From: Basidiobolus meristosporus CBS 931.73
Taxonomy: Eukaryota; Fungi; Basidiobolomycota
DNA: 64,000 bases
NCBI GenBank assembly: GCA_002104905.1
Contig: MCFE01000131.1
Span: 62,001 to 126,000, forward strand
Reading direction: 5' to 3'
The notes under the pieces were generated by a model that did not search any database, had not been told where the DNA came from, and saw nothing but the letters and a program-made list of their open reading frames with translations. Position numbers and translations under genes: made by a program. Below, one piece after another: positions 13,901-26,709 of the stretch (position 1 is its first letter; every line of letters starts with the position of its first letter).

Positions 13901-16900
13901 TGTGAGGAGTTTGTAACGGGATTTCAGCAGCTATACTACAAATGTAAAGCTGAAGAGCTAAGCAGCCCCAATGTGTGGGTAACAAATCAAGTGATGCAAA
14001 GTTGGGTTGGGTGCATCAAGCAACTAATTTTTATCAAGAAAACTCTACCAAGGTATGCCAGATTTCTTTTGGTCACAAGCTAATTTCTACACCATTCCAC
14101 AAGGAATTCAGACAAATAAGAGCCAGAAGTCACCTATAAGGGGACCTAAATCCAGCAGGACTAGAATCCAGCCATGAGAAGGAATATAGTGGCTAAATAC
14201 CAGAAAGTTCTTTGTAGATATTCAGGAGGCCTTAATGGCAGAAGTGGTGGCAACCAAGCATATGTTTGCAAGATGTATATGTTACCAGCAATACAAGGTA
14301 TATGGCAACTTTGCAAGCAGCACACTAAAAAGCCATAAAGCTCAGGTGATTGAGCCCTATAAGAAATTTTTGTGACAATCCCATCAAAAGGCCATCACAA
14401 TTTAAGGTCTTGTGGCTGAGAGGTACTGATCCCATTAGGACACCATGCAAACGCTGTTGGAAAATATTTGCACCCCAGATTTCACAAAAAACTTGATCAA
14501 AATTTTCATCCCAACAATATATTGGTGGCTTTTGATTGGTTCCCTGAGAATTTGCTCACTTTCTGATCAAGGACACTTGATCACCTCCTATGTTTGTGTA
14601 CCTTGGCTGGTTATTGCCTCTTTCTCACTCCCTACTTCCTGACTCAACCATTTCTTTTACTTTTTGTGTGTATGAAGTGATTTATATCTGTTGAAGCTCC
14701 AGTTGTGCCTCTATTGCCAATTGTATTGACCTAAGCAAGTCCCTATACTCTACACTAACATTAAACCTAACCCCGTAATTCAAGTGGATTTTCTTTGGCA
14801 CTGCTCTTGAAGAAGTGCTACATCCTCCTGTTGTGCCTATTAATGTTACAAAATTCCACTGAAGGCATTGTGATAGTCTTTCAAGTTCTTGACATTATAG
14901 CCTTGACTCTCAGTGGAATCTCCACTCTGTTAACAATAGAGGACATGGAGGCTGTGGTAGTCAAGTTGCCTCTCTCTGCAAACTAATCTACCTTGCTGGA
15001 TTATAGCTCAACTGCCTGCCCTTCCAACTCTTGTAAGAACAGCTGCTTTGTTGTAAGTAATTCTTCTTGGCAATGATGGGATTCAGTCTGTTGCAGGCTT
15101 ATGGCATTAGTTGGCAAGAACTGCAGTCTTTTTTGTATGCTTCTCTGTCTCAGGCTTAGGTGGACATTTTTCCCTTTGCCTTTTCCCTTATCACTGCCAG
15201 GTCATTCACTGCCACTTTGACTGAGTGCTTGTTGAGTGGCACTAAGCTTTTTCCTTGATAAGTGTTGTGCTGGTGCATCCGTCTCTTCCTGCTTGTCCAT
15301 TATTGACACTCTTCCAGCTACCTGACATCTCTTTGATAGTTGTTTGAAGCTTTTGGCTCTGCTTGTAATGTACTCTTGAGGAAGCTGCTGGTTTCTAGCC
15401 ATTACACCCATGTTCTTTGGCCTTTGATAGTGCTTGCTATTCTTACAGTACTTTCTTAGCATATCAATACGGGCCCATAATATTTTTGCTGTTGGAATCC
15501 ATGATAATGCTCATGGAACAAGTCAAGTGCATTCTGCTTGGCCATGAGCTCCTGATGGTCCCATGGTATGTTGGCCTTATGGTAATGGTGTGTAAGACCT
15601 CTGACAGCCTCTTGAATATTAGCCCACTCTTCATTATTGCACTCAACAGCTTCACAGATCTTCAATCTCATTTGATTTGCAGGCTTTGGTACAAACACCA
15701 TATTCTCTCCCTCCCATACTGTGATAGGCTTTTCTGTGGGCCTTATCTTTGGGGACTGTTGTTGTGCTTCAAAGATTGTACGGTGTTCCTCTGCTTTTAC
15801 ATTGGGAAATGGCTCAATTCTTAGCTGTGATATTGAGCAACTTGATTTCCATCTTTGCAGCAAAGATACTGGTTTCTCTACCTGAGATATCAATTGCTCT
15901 ACACCTTTTATCTGCTCATCCTGTTTCTGGACTATTTCCTGATTTCTTGGCACCATTGCATCTATGCTGTCAGCCACTGCACTTAATTGTGTCATTCTTG
16001 CTTTGATATGAGCCAACAGTGTACTTGCCAATACAGGTGGTGGAGATGCTATGACAGCCACTCGCTGGTCTTCAGCTGAAGGTACTGCATTTGCTACACT
16101 CTCATATGCCTGAGCATAATGGAAAGCTTGCAGCTCCGCAGAGGTTCTCAATTGCTCACTTGACTCAGAGCTCAAGGAGTTTGCATTATTACCTTTAGTG
16201 GGCACACTATCAACATGGCCTTTGTTGGATGTAGCCCTGCTTGTTGCATTGAATGTCAAAGCAAGCTGTTGTCCAACCATTCTTCTGCTGGCATCAGCAG
16301 TGGGGTTTGGTTGGGAACCAGATGACTTTGCTTTATTTCTTGGTGTAAGCCATTGCACTCTTGTTCTTCTGCCTTTGATAGTTTCTGCTACTCTTGAGAT
16401 GCTTTTTTAGCATACCAATGCTGGCCTGAAATACATGTGCTTGATTGAATCCAGGATAATGCTCTTGCTGCAAGTCAAGCACATTCTGCCTGGCCTTGAG
16501 CTCCTGATGGTCCCATGGTATGCTGGCCTTAAGGTGTTGGCATGCTAGACATCTAATGGCCTCTTGAATATTAGCTCACTCTTTATCATTGTACTCAATG
16601 GCTTTGTGCATCTTCAATATCTTTTGATGCTTAGGCTTTGGTACACACACTACATTTTCTCCCTCTGATGCTGTGATAGGTTTTTTTGTGGGCTTTATCT
16701 TTTGGCACTGTTGTTGTGCTTCAAAGACTGTACAGTGTTTCTCTGCTGTTACCTTGGGTAATGGCCCCATTCTTGGCTGTAACATTGAGCTACTTGAATT
16801 CCTTCTTTACAGCAAAGATACAGCTTTCTCTACCTGGGATATTGACTACTCTATGCCATTCATTCACTAATCATGTTTCTAGAGTATTTCCTGATTTCTC

Positions 16901-17643
16901 TGGGCAATTGCATATGTCCTATCAGCCACTGCATCAAATTGCCTCACTAATGCTTTGGTATGAGTTGACAACATACTTACTTGTACAGGTGGTGGTGAGG
17001 TTATGAAGGCCAACTGCTGGTCTTCATCTAAAGATACTGCTTTTGCTAGTATTCTCATCTGCCTCAGCATTATGGTCAGCTTGTATCTCTGCAGAAATTC
17101 CCAATTGCCTACTTGACTGAGAGCTTGAGGAGTCTGCATTATTCCCTTCAGTAGGCACCCTGTCCATGGGGCCTTTTTTGGTTGTAGCCCTGCTTGTTGT
17201 GCTGAATGTCAAAGCATGATGTTGCCAAACCACTCTTCAGCTGCTGTCAGTAGTGGGGTTTAGTTGGGAACCATATGACTTTACTTTTTTTTGGTGGCAT
17301 ATATATGTAAGTGAGCAAAAGCAAAGGGGATATGGTGTTACATATATGTGTGTATGTGGTGCCACCACTTTAATTATGATGCTTCTATGGCGGGTTACCA
17401 TTGAATCTTACATGCATGTAGGTACAATGTCTCAAATACAAGACTGTCTTAAATTCACATGATTATTGACAATAAAGTATTACAATAGTGTTATATTGCT
17501 GAGTGGCAAACTGGTTGTCCTATGGATAAGACTACTTTGATTCAATGTTGTAAGCAAAGAGAAAAAAGAACATGTAGCTATTGTAGCAAGCCTCTCAGTC
17601 ATGAAGCATGCTGACAGCATAGGAAGTATTACAAGGATCACAG

Positions 17644-18712
17644 TGTGGTGGTGTATAAGTCCAAGAGAGAGATATGTCCAACACTTCTCAAGTGTTTTGT
17701 GTGTGGCGTGTTGACTGGGTGCAATAACATCTGGCAAAAGCTTGCTAGGAATACTTGGGCTCTGTCTCTAATCTAATGTGATGGGGAATAAAGCCCCAAG
17801 CTTGTCAAGGGAAAACTATTGAGCTACAATCCCCAACTTAGTTGGCATCTTAACAAAAGTATGTGCTGTGCTCAGTGTCCTTTGAGATGAAAATGTACTA
17901 AAGCTTCCAAAGTCAAAACAACTGTAAACTCCACCAGCAGAGACTTGATAAGAATGCAGCTGTGGTCAATAGTTACAAGGACAGAAAAGTATCTTTGCCC
18001 TTATAAGAACAAACTTGGGAAAGAATCAAATATAATAAAAGATACCTACTCTGAGTATTCCTCACTAGTAGTGCCTCCAAGGTCAGTTGGCTGTCAGCAT
18101 GGTTTCCTGGGAGTGTCCTGTGGTCTGGGGTTGGAAGTTCAGGTAGCAGCAGGTAGCAGTGATCACACTAATCAACAAATTGATATATTGATACAAGGGA
18201 TGATGACTTATTGTTGAGGGATTGCCTCCCTTATATACTTTGCTCACTGGCTAAGTTGTTACTAATCAAGGTGTTCCGGAAGGTGCTGGAGATCAATAGA
18301 AATCTTAATGACATCAGAATGCACTAGGAGTATTATAAGTAGGTGCTGGAAGGTTCCAAGGGGCACAGCAAATCCAACCAATCAGGAATCAGTACTCTGA
18401 AAGCTGTGTAACATAGAGATACAATATATGGGATAGAAATGGTAGGGATGGTGACACAGGTTGACCATGTGGCACATGTATTGGCATTGATACTTGCCTA
18501 ATATAGAAGCACTTACAGCTAGTAATGCACATAAAGTGAGGGATAACTTATGCAATAAGCTAAGCAGGATTGATAGTCAGCCAGCTCATGGAATAGTACT
18601 GATCAAGTAAGACAAATGGGATAAAACTAAAATAAGTGTAGTGGAGAAATAGGGAAGTAAAAAATATGTGAATGAGCACATCTATTGGTGAGTGTCATTG
18701 TGACCCACCACA
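17644..18712 (-). mobile_element. Solo LTR-like element (1069 bp), same family as 4291-5092
   Basis: Termini TGTGGTGG...CCCACCACA. 18150-18460 is a reverse-complement match to 4540-4860, and 17644-17740 matches the end of 4291-5092. Confidence 0.65.
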
Positions 18713-20988
18713 GCAGCATATATATAGAAGTGAGTCAAACCAAAGGAGAATTGGTGTTATATGTACATGGGTATTTAGTGCCACAACTGTATTTATAATG
18801 CTTACTATGACAGTTCATCATTGAATCCAACATTCATGTAGGTGCAATGTCTGAGATACAAGACTATCTCAAATTCACATAAGTATTGACCAAAAAGTGA
18901 TATAATATCACTACATTATTAAAGGTCAAATTGTTTGCCCTATGGACAAGACTACTTTTATTCAATACTGTAAGAGAAGTGAAAAAAGATCATGTGGCTA
19001 TTGCATCAAGCTGCTCAGCCATGAAGCCGGCAAGCAGCCTAGGAAGTAATACAAAGTTCATAGCCAGTGTTTGGCCACACAAGTCATATTTGAAAATTCA
19101 TCAGTCACTACTGCACCAACATTATCTTGCTGGCTACTTAATACTTCTATATTGCCACCTAACCATCTTGGTGTCCTTGCACAAACTGAGTCAGGGGTGT
19201 CTGTGATGCCTTTGGGCTCACCTCAGCTTTCTGAATATGGCATGCAGAGTGATAGCTCCAACAAAGAAGGCTCATTGAAGGATTGTGAGCCTATCTCCCC
19301 TAACAACAGTACCACACATGAGCCTGGTCAAATCCCAATATGCAATGAGACAGCACCAGTTAAAACAAATGTCAAGGATACTTTATGGAGCCAAGCAAGC
19401 CCAGTAATCCATCTACTGGTGAATGATGTAACATTGTGGCTAGAGAGGTGGCGTGTTTCTACTAATATCAGTAATGGGGGCTTTGATGATTTACTACTAC
19501 TTCCTGACAGAATCATTCTGGGATGCAACTTGCCATGTACATGATTTAAATGGAAAACAGTCAGGCAACTTGCAACATATGACCCAGAGACTGTCATGAT
19601 TCCAGCATGTGTCAACAGTTGCATGGCATTCACATCCAAAAATGCCACCATTGTAATGTGTCCAAATTATCAGGAATCCACCACCATTGAGGAAAAACAT
19701 TGGTCACATTCAGGATATATTGAGGAAATACCCCATCTCAAGAAGTTTATGCAGTCTGACAAATATTGGAAAGCTATAAAGTACCGCACACAGTATCAAT
19801 CAAGTGCAAACATATCCAATATACTTGATGGCAAATATTACAAACAGCTAAGATGCAAGGGCTACTTTGAAGGGATGTCCAACCATCCCTTTGCCTTAGT
19901 ACTTGGTGGACTCTCATTAAACAAGTACTCTACCAGTAAATCCTACTGGCCACTGATTCTCATCAACCTGAATCTGCTACCTATCTTACAGTATCAAAGC
20001 AAAAATCTGACGGTAGTCTCACTTTATATGGGCCTAAATCACTGTCCAACCTGGATAGCTACCTTTATCCATTGTTGGATGAATTTTGTATGCTTTCCAG
20101 CAAGACAATGGTAAATAGCCATCATGTCAAAGTGCATATTGATATCTGCATTGGAAATACTCTAGCCATCAGCAAGATAGCCTGCTTTTCTGGGCACAAA
20201 GGATGGTATTGCTGTTGAATGTGTAAGATCCAGGGGAATTACTTCACAACCCACACACATTATTATTACCCAGACACCAACACTAAGAACATCATCTTAC
20301 CACAGAGAGAATGTACAGAAGTCATCATGCAATTGCAGCAAAGTTGGCAAGCTATAAGTCATTGGCCAGAATATGGAATTAATTGGAAACCAGAGGTACA
20401 TTACATAGAGGGTATCTGTTGTAGCAAAAGCTTTCCACTGGGAGCATTTCATTTGCTTTTCAGCAATATCCCTATGCTAATGACCAATTGTACTAGTGGT
20501 ATTTCAGGCTAAATGGGCCCTTTGATATACCAGTGAAATTTGAAAGAATTGGCAAGATATTACAGAGTATCTGTTACCCCAAGTACTTCTCATAGGCTCC
20601 AATCAATATTCTTATGCATATGCAACAATACAAATACACACACTGGATGGACTGGATATGTATTTATTCAAGTGGTATTCTAATGCCATTCCCACCAAGA
20701 GTACATTGGAAGCATTGGGAGTCATATGTCAACATTGTAGGAGTATTTATCCAGAAGCGGATCAACTTGACACATCTATAGCTGCTCTGCAAGGAGTTTG
20801 TAATGGGATTTGAGTTGCTATACTACAAGCATAAAGCTAAACATATAGATCACTACAGCTACTGTATTTATGCTCTACTCCATCTTGCTTAGTGTTTGGA
20901 GAATATTAGGCCTTGCTTTACCTTTTGGGAGCTTCCTATGGAGCAGATATGTGGGGAGATAGGAAGACAGGTCAAGTTGCAGGTACTA

Positions 20989-21717
20989 GACTTGTTCTGT
21001 TGGATAGTGCCACATTGAGCCATGAGTGCCAAATGATGCCATAGTGTGCCAGAGAGGCCAAGTGAGCCTATACCTGGCCACAGTGTGTGAAAAGTTGATC
21101 TGCATCCTCATGCAAAGCAGCCCCTGTGCTTCATCTATGATGCAGGAGAAAATCCATTTTTGATGTTTTTTTGTAGATCAATATTGTGCAGGATGTGTAA
21201 GAGCACTAAAGGATTGAAGATATACATCTGGTACTCAAGACCCATGGCACTCTGAGTCTAGCTCCTGCAGCTTGTAACATGTCACAAAAATGCATGGCAC
21301 TATCTTGGTCACTGGTACTATCAGGCACTATATTTAAATATTAGCCCTAAAGTAAGATCAATACAAAGCACTTACAATGCCGGATAGTACCAGTGGACCA
21401 AGATAGTGCCATGCATTTTTGTGACATGTTACAAGCCACAGGAGCTAGATTCAGAGTGCCATGGGTATTGAGTACCAGATGCATATCTTCAATCCTTTTG
21501 TGCACTTGCAAATCCTGTACAACATTTACCTAAAAAAAAAGGTCAAAAAATGGATTTTTTCCATCACAATGAGTGAAACACAGGGGCTGCTTTGCATGAG
21601 ATGCAGAGCTGTGCTGCACACTCTGTGGCCAAGTGTAGGCTCACTTGGCCCCCCTGGCACACAATGGCATCATTTGGCACTCATGGCTCAATGTGGCACT
21701 ATCTAATGGAACAAGTC
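20989..21717. mobile_element. Foldback/MITE-like non-autonomous element with ~340-bp inverted arms
   Basis: Arms 20989-21327 and 21378-21717 are imperfect reverse complements (GACTTGTTC...GAACAAGTC) around a 50-bp spacer. Inserted in the copy C transposase at CAGG-TACTA-CCAT; the simplest reading is a TACTA duplication (20984-20988 and 21718-21722). Confidence 0.85.
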
Positions 21718-23429
21718 TACTACCATATTTCAATCTCTTAACAAATATTACCTTTAGGTCTGTGATGGAAGTGATGGGTTGCTACATGGAGGACAGCCAG
21801 GAAGAGTTGGAAAATACTGTGGACAGATGTGCACATGGAGACACCTTTGCCTATGGAATTAAGAAGCTAAGCAGCCCCTATGCATGGGTAATCAGTTAAG
21901 TAATGCAAAGTTGGGTTGGGAGTAATAAGTAAGTAGCTTTTATTAGGAAAGCCTTACCAAAGTATGCTGAGTTTCTCTTGGTCACAAACCAACATCTACA
22001 TCATTCAATACAGAATTCATGCAAACAAGAGCCCAAGTGCACCTATAGAGGGGGCTAGAACCAGCAGGGAGAAGGAATATATTGGCTAAATACCAAAAGG
22101 TTCTTTACAGATATTCAGGAGGTGTTCATGGCAGAAGTGGCAACAATCAAACATATGTTTGCAAGATATATATGTTACCAGCAGTACAAGATATATGGAA
22201 GCTTTGCAAGTATCACACTAAAAAGCTGTGAAGTTGAGGTAATAGAAGTATGTCAATTGCAGCAGATGTGCATGTTTGTAGAGGTTAGTAAGCAGGAGGC
22301 CATAGTATTTTTTGATTTGAACTATATGTGGGATACCAAAGGTAGTAGTGGGTAAGCAAATAAAGAGGGGTGATTCTAAAGTGGAATACATAAATTGTAC
22401 ATGGGGAGGTAGAAAGAGGAAACACCATTAGGTAAATTGGTATGGTAGAATTATACAGAACTAGCTGTAGGCTGCTATCCTGCCATGATATTGCCATTGA
22501 AGACTTGCAATGAGGCCATCAAGACACTGTCAAGTTTTTTGCTATATAAGGCAAATGGATGTACTGGTGGGTTATATTCATTTATAGTAGTTGTTAAGTG
22601 CATTAAGACCACAACAATGCCATGTAATCACTGCTACAGCACCAATCAAACCCCATCAAGTTTTATAACCTTATTTGGCAGTAAATTAGCTAAATGCTGT
22701 TGTGATCCCATCAAAAGATTGTTAAGAGGATCACCAACGCCAATCTGTTGGTATTATGATGTACTCCAGACAGGATCCTGATGGTTGATCTGGATCAGTT
22801 CCATTAGCTGGACCAAATTATTGTCATAGGGGATGTATGTCAGTTGAGGTAGGTGTGTGCATTTGTAGATGTTAGTAAGCAGGAGCTCACAGTATTTTTT
22901 GATTCAAACCATATATGGAATACCCAAGATAGTAGTGGGTAAGCAAATGTAGAGGGGTGATTCTATAGTGGAATATATAAGTTGTGCAAGGGGAGGTAGA
23001 AAAAGGAAACAACATTTGGTAAATTGGTATGGTAGAACTATACAAAACCTGCTGTAGGCTGCCATACTGCCATAATTATGCCATCAGAGGCTTGCAAAGA
23101 GGCTGTCAAAACACCATCAAATATTTTGCCATAGAAGGCAATTGGATGTGCTGGCTGGTTAGACCCACTCAAATTGTTGTAAAGTGCACTAAGACTGCCA
23201 CAATGTCATGCCACCCTTGGTAAAAACACCTTACAAACACCATTATATTTTATCAACTTTATTTGGCTGTAAAATTAGCAAAAAGCTGTTATGGTCCCAT
23301 TGCATGATTTTGTAGATGGTCATTAACTCCAAGCTGATGGAATTATAGTGGTCTCCTGACAGGATCTTGACAGCTGATCTAGATCACATCCACCTGCGGG
23401 ACCAAACTATATTGCACAAAGTAGGTTTT

Positions 23430-25198
23430 TTGTTAGCTCTGACCTTGGATGGTCCACTCCCATTTAATGTCTATCAACTTAGTGATTGATATCTAAAAAA
23501 TGATCTAAAATAGTCACCTTTGTATTCCAGAGTAGTATTAGCCTTGATTGCACTGATTACTTCATTTAATGTGGGTCCAAAGTCTTTTTGCTTTCAGATG
23601 TACCAAATTGAGTATCAGGCAACACCACTGGTTGATTGGTTTCTATTCTTATAGTACCTTTATTGATCTGGAAGGATACAGCTGCTTATGTCTTTTCAGA
23701 ATTTACTTGCAGAGCAGAGATTAGCACTTTTCCAGAAGTGAGATGCGCTTTAGCAAGGGCTGTGATTATCTATATTCTTCTTATAACTAATTTTGGCCTT
23801 GAGCTCTGTTTTCAAGGCCAATTGATCTTCTGAGTGTCTTTAGAATCCATTAAAACCTTCTGGTTGGTCCTTGCACCTTACTCTTATGGCACCATGGACA
23901 GCAGACATCTAAACTTCTGCTGTAAGTACTGTGCTACAATCTATAATACAATACCTGACAGATCCTGTTGAGGTTTCAAGGATCTTCTGGGGTTTCTGGC
24001 TTTAGGGCAATGTGCAAGAGGCTCCATAGAACATTTCTGCACTGGCATATATCCAAATATGGCCTACATATATTTTGGCCCCATTTAGAAGTACCTTTAT
24101 TTATGACAGGAATATTTCCCTGTTTTTTTTGGTACTGATGACCCAGAAATAATTTCTTTGGTGGAATAGCTCTGAACTTCATTGCAGGTGGGACTATGGT
24201 GTGTTTGAGCACAAAAGTATCTCATATCATCATTGGTCCAGAATATATGATTATTTGATAGTGATAAAATCATAATTTGCATCCACTTAGATAAGTCATA
24301 ATATTTGATAGACTTGACCATATTTGATCATATATACTGCATTTGAGAGCTAGCTTCATCAGTACCTTGGTACCAGATTTCAATATATTGGAATTCTGAG
24401 TTGCATAGCTTGGCTGTGATTTGATCACACAAATTACTACATATTTGATCCAGAGAAAGAAGAATACCAATAAGTGTATTCTGCCACTAAAATAAGTGAT
24501 ATATACATCATGCATATTGCCCTATGTTATCTTCTAAGAAGCCTTTAGCTGTATATTGGCCAACTGCTGCTTGTTTACATACTCCAGTCAGGTTTGTGAT
24601 CATTTGCTTTGCACTGTTTTGGCTGGAGGAAGAATTTCCTTGAATTGATTTTCCTACATTTGTGTGATACTTTCCCCCACTGCTTTGATACTAGAGCAGA
24701 GTAATAGTACATTTGACAGCTTTATTTCTAGCTCCTGGTACACTGGTGTCAGTATCAAAACACTTGATACAATTATAGCATCCTTTCAATGGGTCATGTA
24801 TTACATATCCTACTCCTGGAGGATATATATGCAATATACCACATCAGGATCCTTACAACTCAAGTAGTTTGTTTCTGAGATCATTTTCTACTAATAGGTA
24901 GTCCAGAAAGATAGTCAACAGCTCTAGTGCTTCCACTCTCAGTCTCATACTGAGTTGCAACAAGCTTTAGTAGAATTGTTCACCAGTAATCTTTCAACAT
25001 TCACCTACATTTTTTGCAGTTCAGGATAATATCCTTTCCAAAATCTTCTCTCATAATCAGATTGGGAGTATAGGAGCACACATAGCAATTTTTTTCACTA
25101 TAGATTTGACCCTCAATTGCTGGATTTACACAATTCTCCTCATTACAGGTTGGGCACCAATGTATTCTACTTCTTGACATATTTACATGCCAGTTTGA
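23430..25198 (-). repeat. Unclassified degenerate repeat; weak hint of a non-LTR (LINE) C-terminal region
   Basis: CpG-depleted and stop-ridden. The minus-strand peptide KWGQNICRPYLDICQCRNVLWSLLHIAL loosely resembles the zf-RVT W..I......K...FLW.L.H..L pattern. No RT motifs were found. 24724-25198 has a second, inverted copy at 25770-26250. Confidence 0.3.
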
Positions 25199-25546
25199 TG
25201 TTGTAATTATTGAGTTGTCACCTAGGTATTCATGCTAGTTTTGTCATATAGATTTTATTCTTTGATTAGCATTCTGCCCTGACCAAATCTATTGTTGGGA
25301 TTTACCTAAAATATCTTTCTCCAAGTTATCAGGTACCCAGATTATGATCTTTTTCAAAGTTGTCTAAAAGCCCCCAGAGTGTGTACACATATCTTTGGGG
25401 CCTTCCTTAACAAACTCTACATGTTTTTGCTCTACTTTACCAAAAGTGTAAATATCATACTTTTGATCAATAAATCTGCAGGTGAATAAAATATAAATCC
25501 TCTGGTTCTCCATATCACTTCCAATACTCCTCAAAATAGTGCAGCA
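25199..25546 (+). mobile_element. Diverged copia-type LTR (348 bp)
   Basis: Starts TGTTGTAA. Internal landmarks (CTGACCAAAT, CAGGTACCCAG, TTCAAAGTTGTC, CCTTCCTTAAC, CAATAAATC, TCACTTCCAATA) are collinear with the 349-bp LTR at 31757. No intact TSD. Confidence 0.7.
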
Positions 25547-25769
25547 AGCTACAACCCCCAAGCTTACTGTCCTCTTGGTGTCTACTTTGCCTTGGATTGA
25601 CTTCTGCTAGTCTGGAGTAAGACTTTCTGCTCTATTGCTCTGCTAAAGTTAAAGATGACAATCACTGCTAAAAGGGCTTTGTTCATAAGGATATTGCTGT
25701 GCAGAAGAAAGCCTTCCCATTGAAAGACTCTTTCAGTAACTACTCAGGCTAGTTATGAAGGAGGGTCTA

Positions 25770-26250
25770 TCAAGCTGGGATGTAAACATGTCAAGAAATA
25801 AGGTATGTTGGTGCTCTACCACTACTGAAGGAAATTGTGTAGTTGCATCAATTGAGGGCCCAGATCTATAATGAAATATATTGCTATATGTATTCAGATG
25901 ACCTCAATTAGCTGTTAGACAAGCTTTTGGATAGGAGATTTTCCTGAATAGCAAGAAAAAATGTATAGATCATTATTGAATGATTGCTGGGGAAGTATTC
26001 TACCAAATCTGTTGCTGTTCAAAATAAGACTGAGAATGCAAATACTGAAGCTGTTAACCATTGTTCCGGAGTATTTATTAATGGAAGAAGATCTTAGAAA
26101 CAAGCTCCCTCAGTTGTTAGGATACCATTGATATATAATACATGTAAATCCAACTGGAGTACAAATATATGCTACGCAATCCACTGGAAGAATGATACAA
26201 ATGTATCAAGTGTCTTGACACTATAACCAATGTACTAGAAGCTAAATATG
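25770..26250 (+). repeat. Second copy of the unclassified repeat (inverted relative to 24724-25198)
   Basis: By-eye alignment of roughly 65-70% identity to the reverse complement of 24724-25198. Confidence 0.6.
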
Positions 26251-26709
26251 GAGCTTTTACCCTATGCAATATTATTGAGATGATCTCATCAAAAGGCCAT
26301 TACAAAGCTAAAGTCCCGTGACTAAGAGGTACTGGTCCTGTCAGGACACCATCCAGAGACTGGTGCAAAATAATTGCACCCCAGATTTCACAAAAAACTT
26401 AGTCCAAATTTTTCATCACAACAATGTATAAGTGGCTTTTGATTGGTTCCTGCCAATTAGCTCACTTTCTGATCAGGGAGACTCTATTGCCTCCTATGTT
26501 TGTGTGCATTGATTGGCTATTGCCTCTTTTTCACCCTCCTTACTTCCTGACTCAACCATTTCTCTTACTTTTCAGGCATACAAATTAATTTATTTCTGTT
26601 GAAACTTCAGTTATACCTTGATTGCCAATTGTATTCACCTAAACAAGTCCCTATACCCTATACTAACATTAAGCCCAACCCCACACTCAGAAAGTAAATT
26701 CATTAAAAT

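Larger units (their letters stand above)
14355..22831 (+). mobile_element. CACTA/EnSpm-like element copy C, both TIRs present, several internal insertions
   Basis: Starts CCCTATAAGAAATTTTTG (14355) and ends CCAAATTATTGTCATAGGG (22831). Flanks GAG/GAT give a 3-bp TSD with one mismatch, and the empty site GGTGATT-GAG-GTATGTC aligns with copy D GGTGATA-GAA-GTATGTC. ORF-A remnants are on minus (e.g. 15456-16358); transposase remnants on plus (~18940-22700). Confidence 0.85.
3432..23421 (+). mobile_element. CACTA/EnSpm-like element copy A (host of copies B and C); left end missing
   Basis: A-derived segments are 3432-3988, 11402-14354 and 22832-23421, which rejoin collinearly with copy D when B and C are removed. 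Decayed transposase runs ~12030-14354, continuing after 22832. A degenerate right terminus GGACCAAACTATATTGCACAAAG ends at ~23421. Confidence 0.75.

Noticed and set aside
20987-21719. Academ assignment for the foldback element (TAG...CTA ends)
   Set aside because: With TAG termini the duplication is only 1 bp rather than the 3-4 bp expected.
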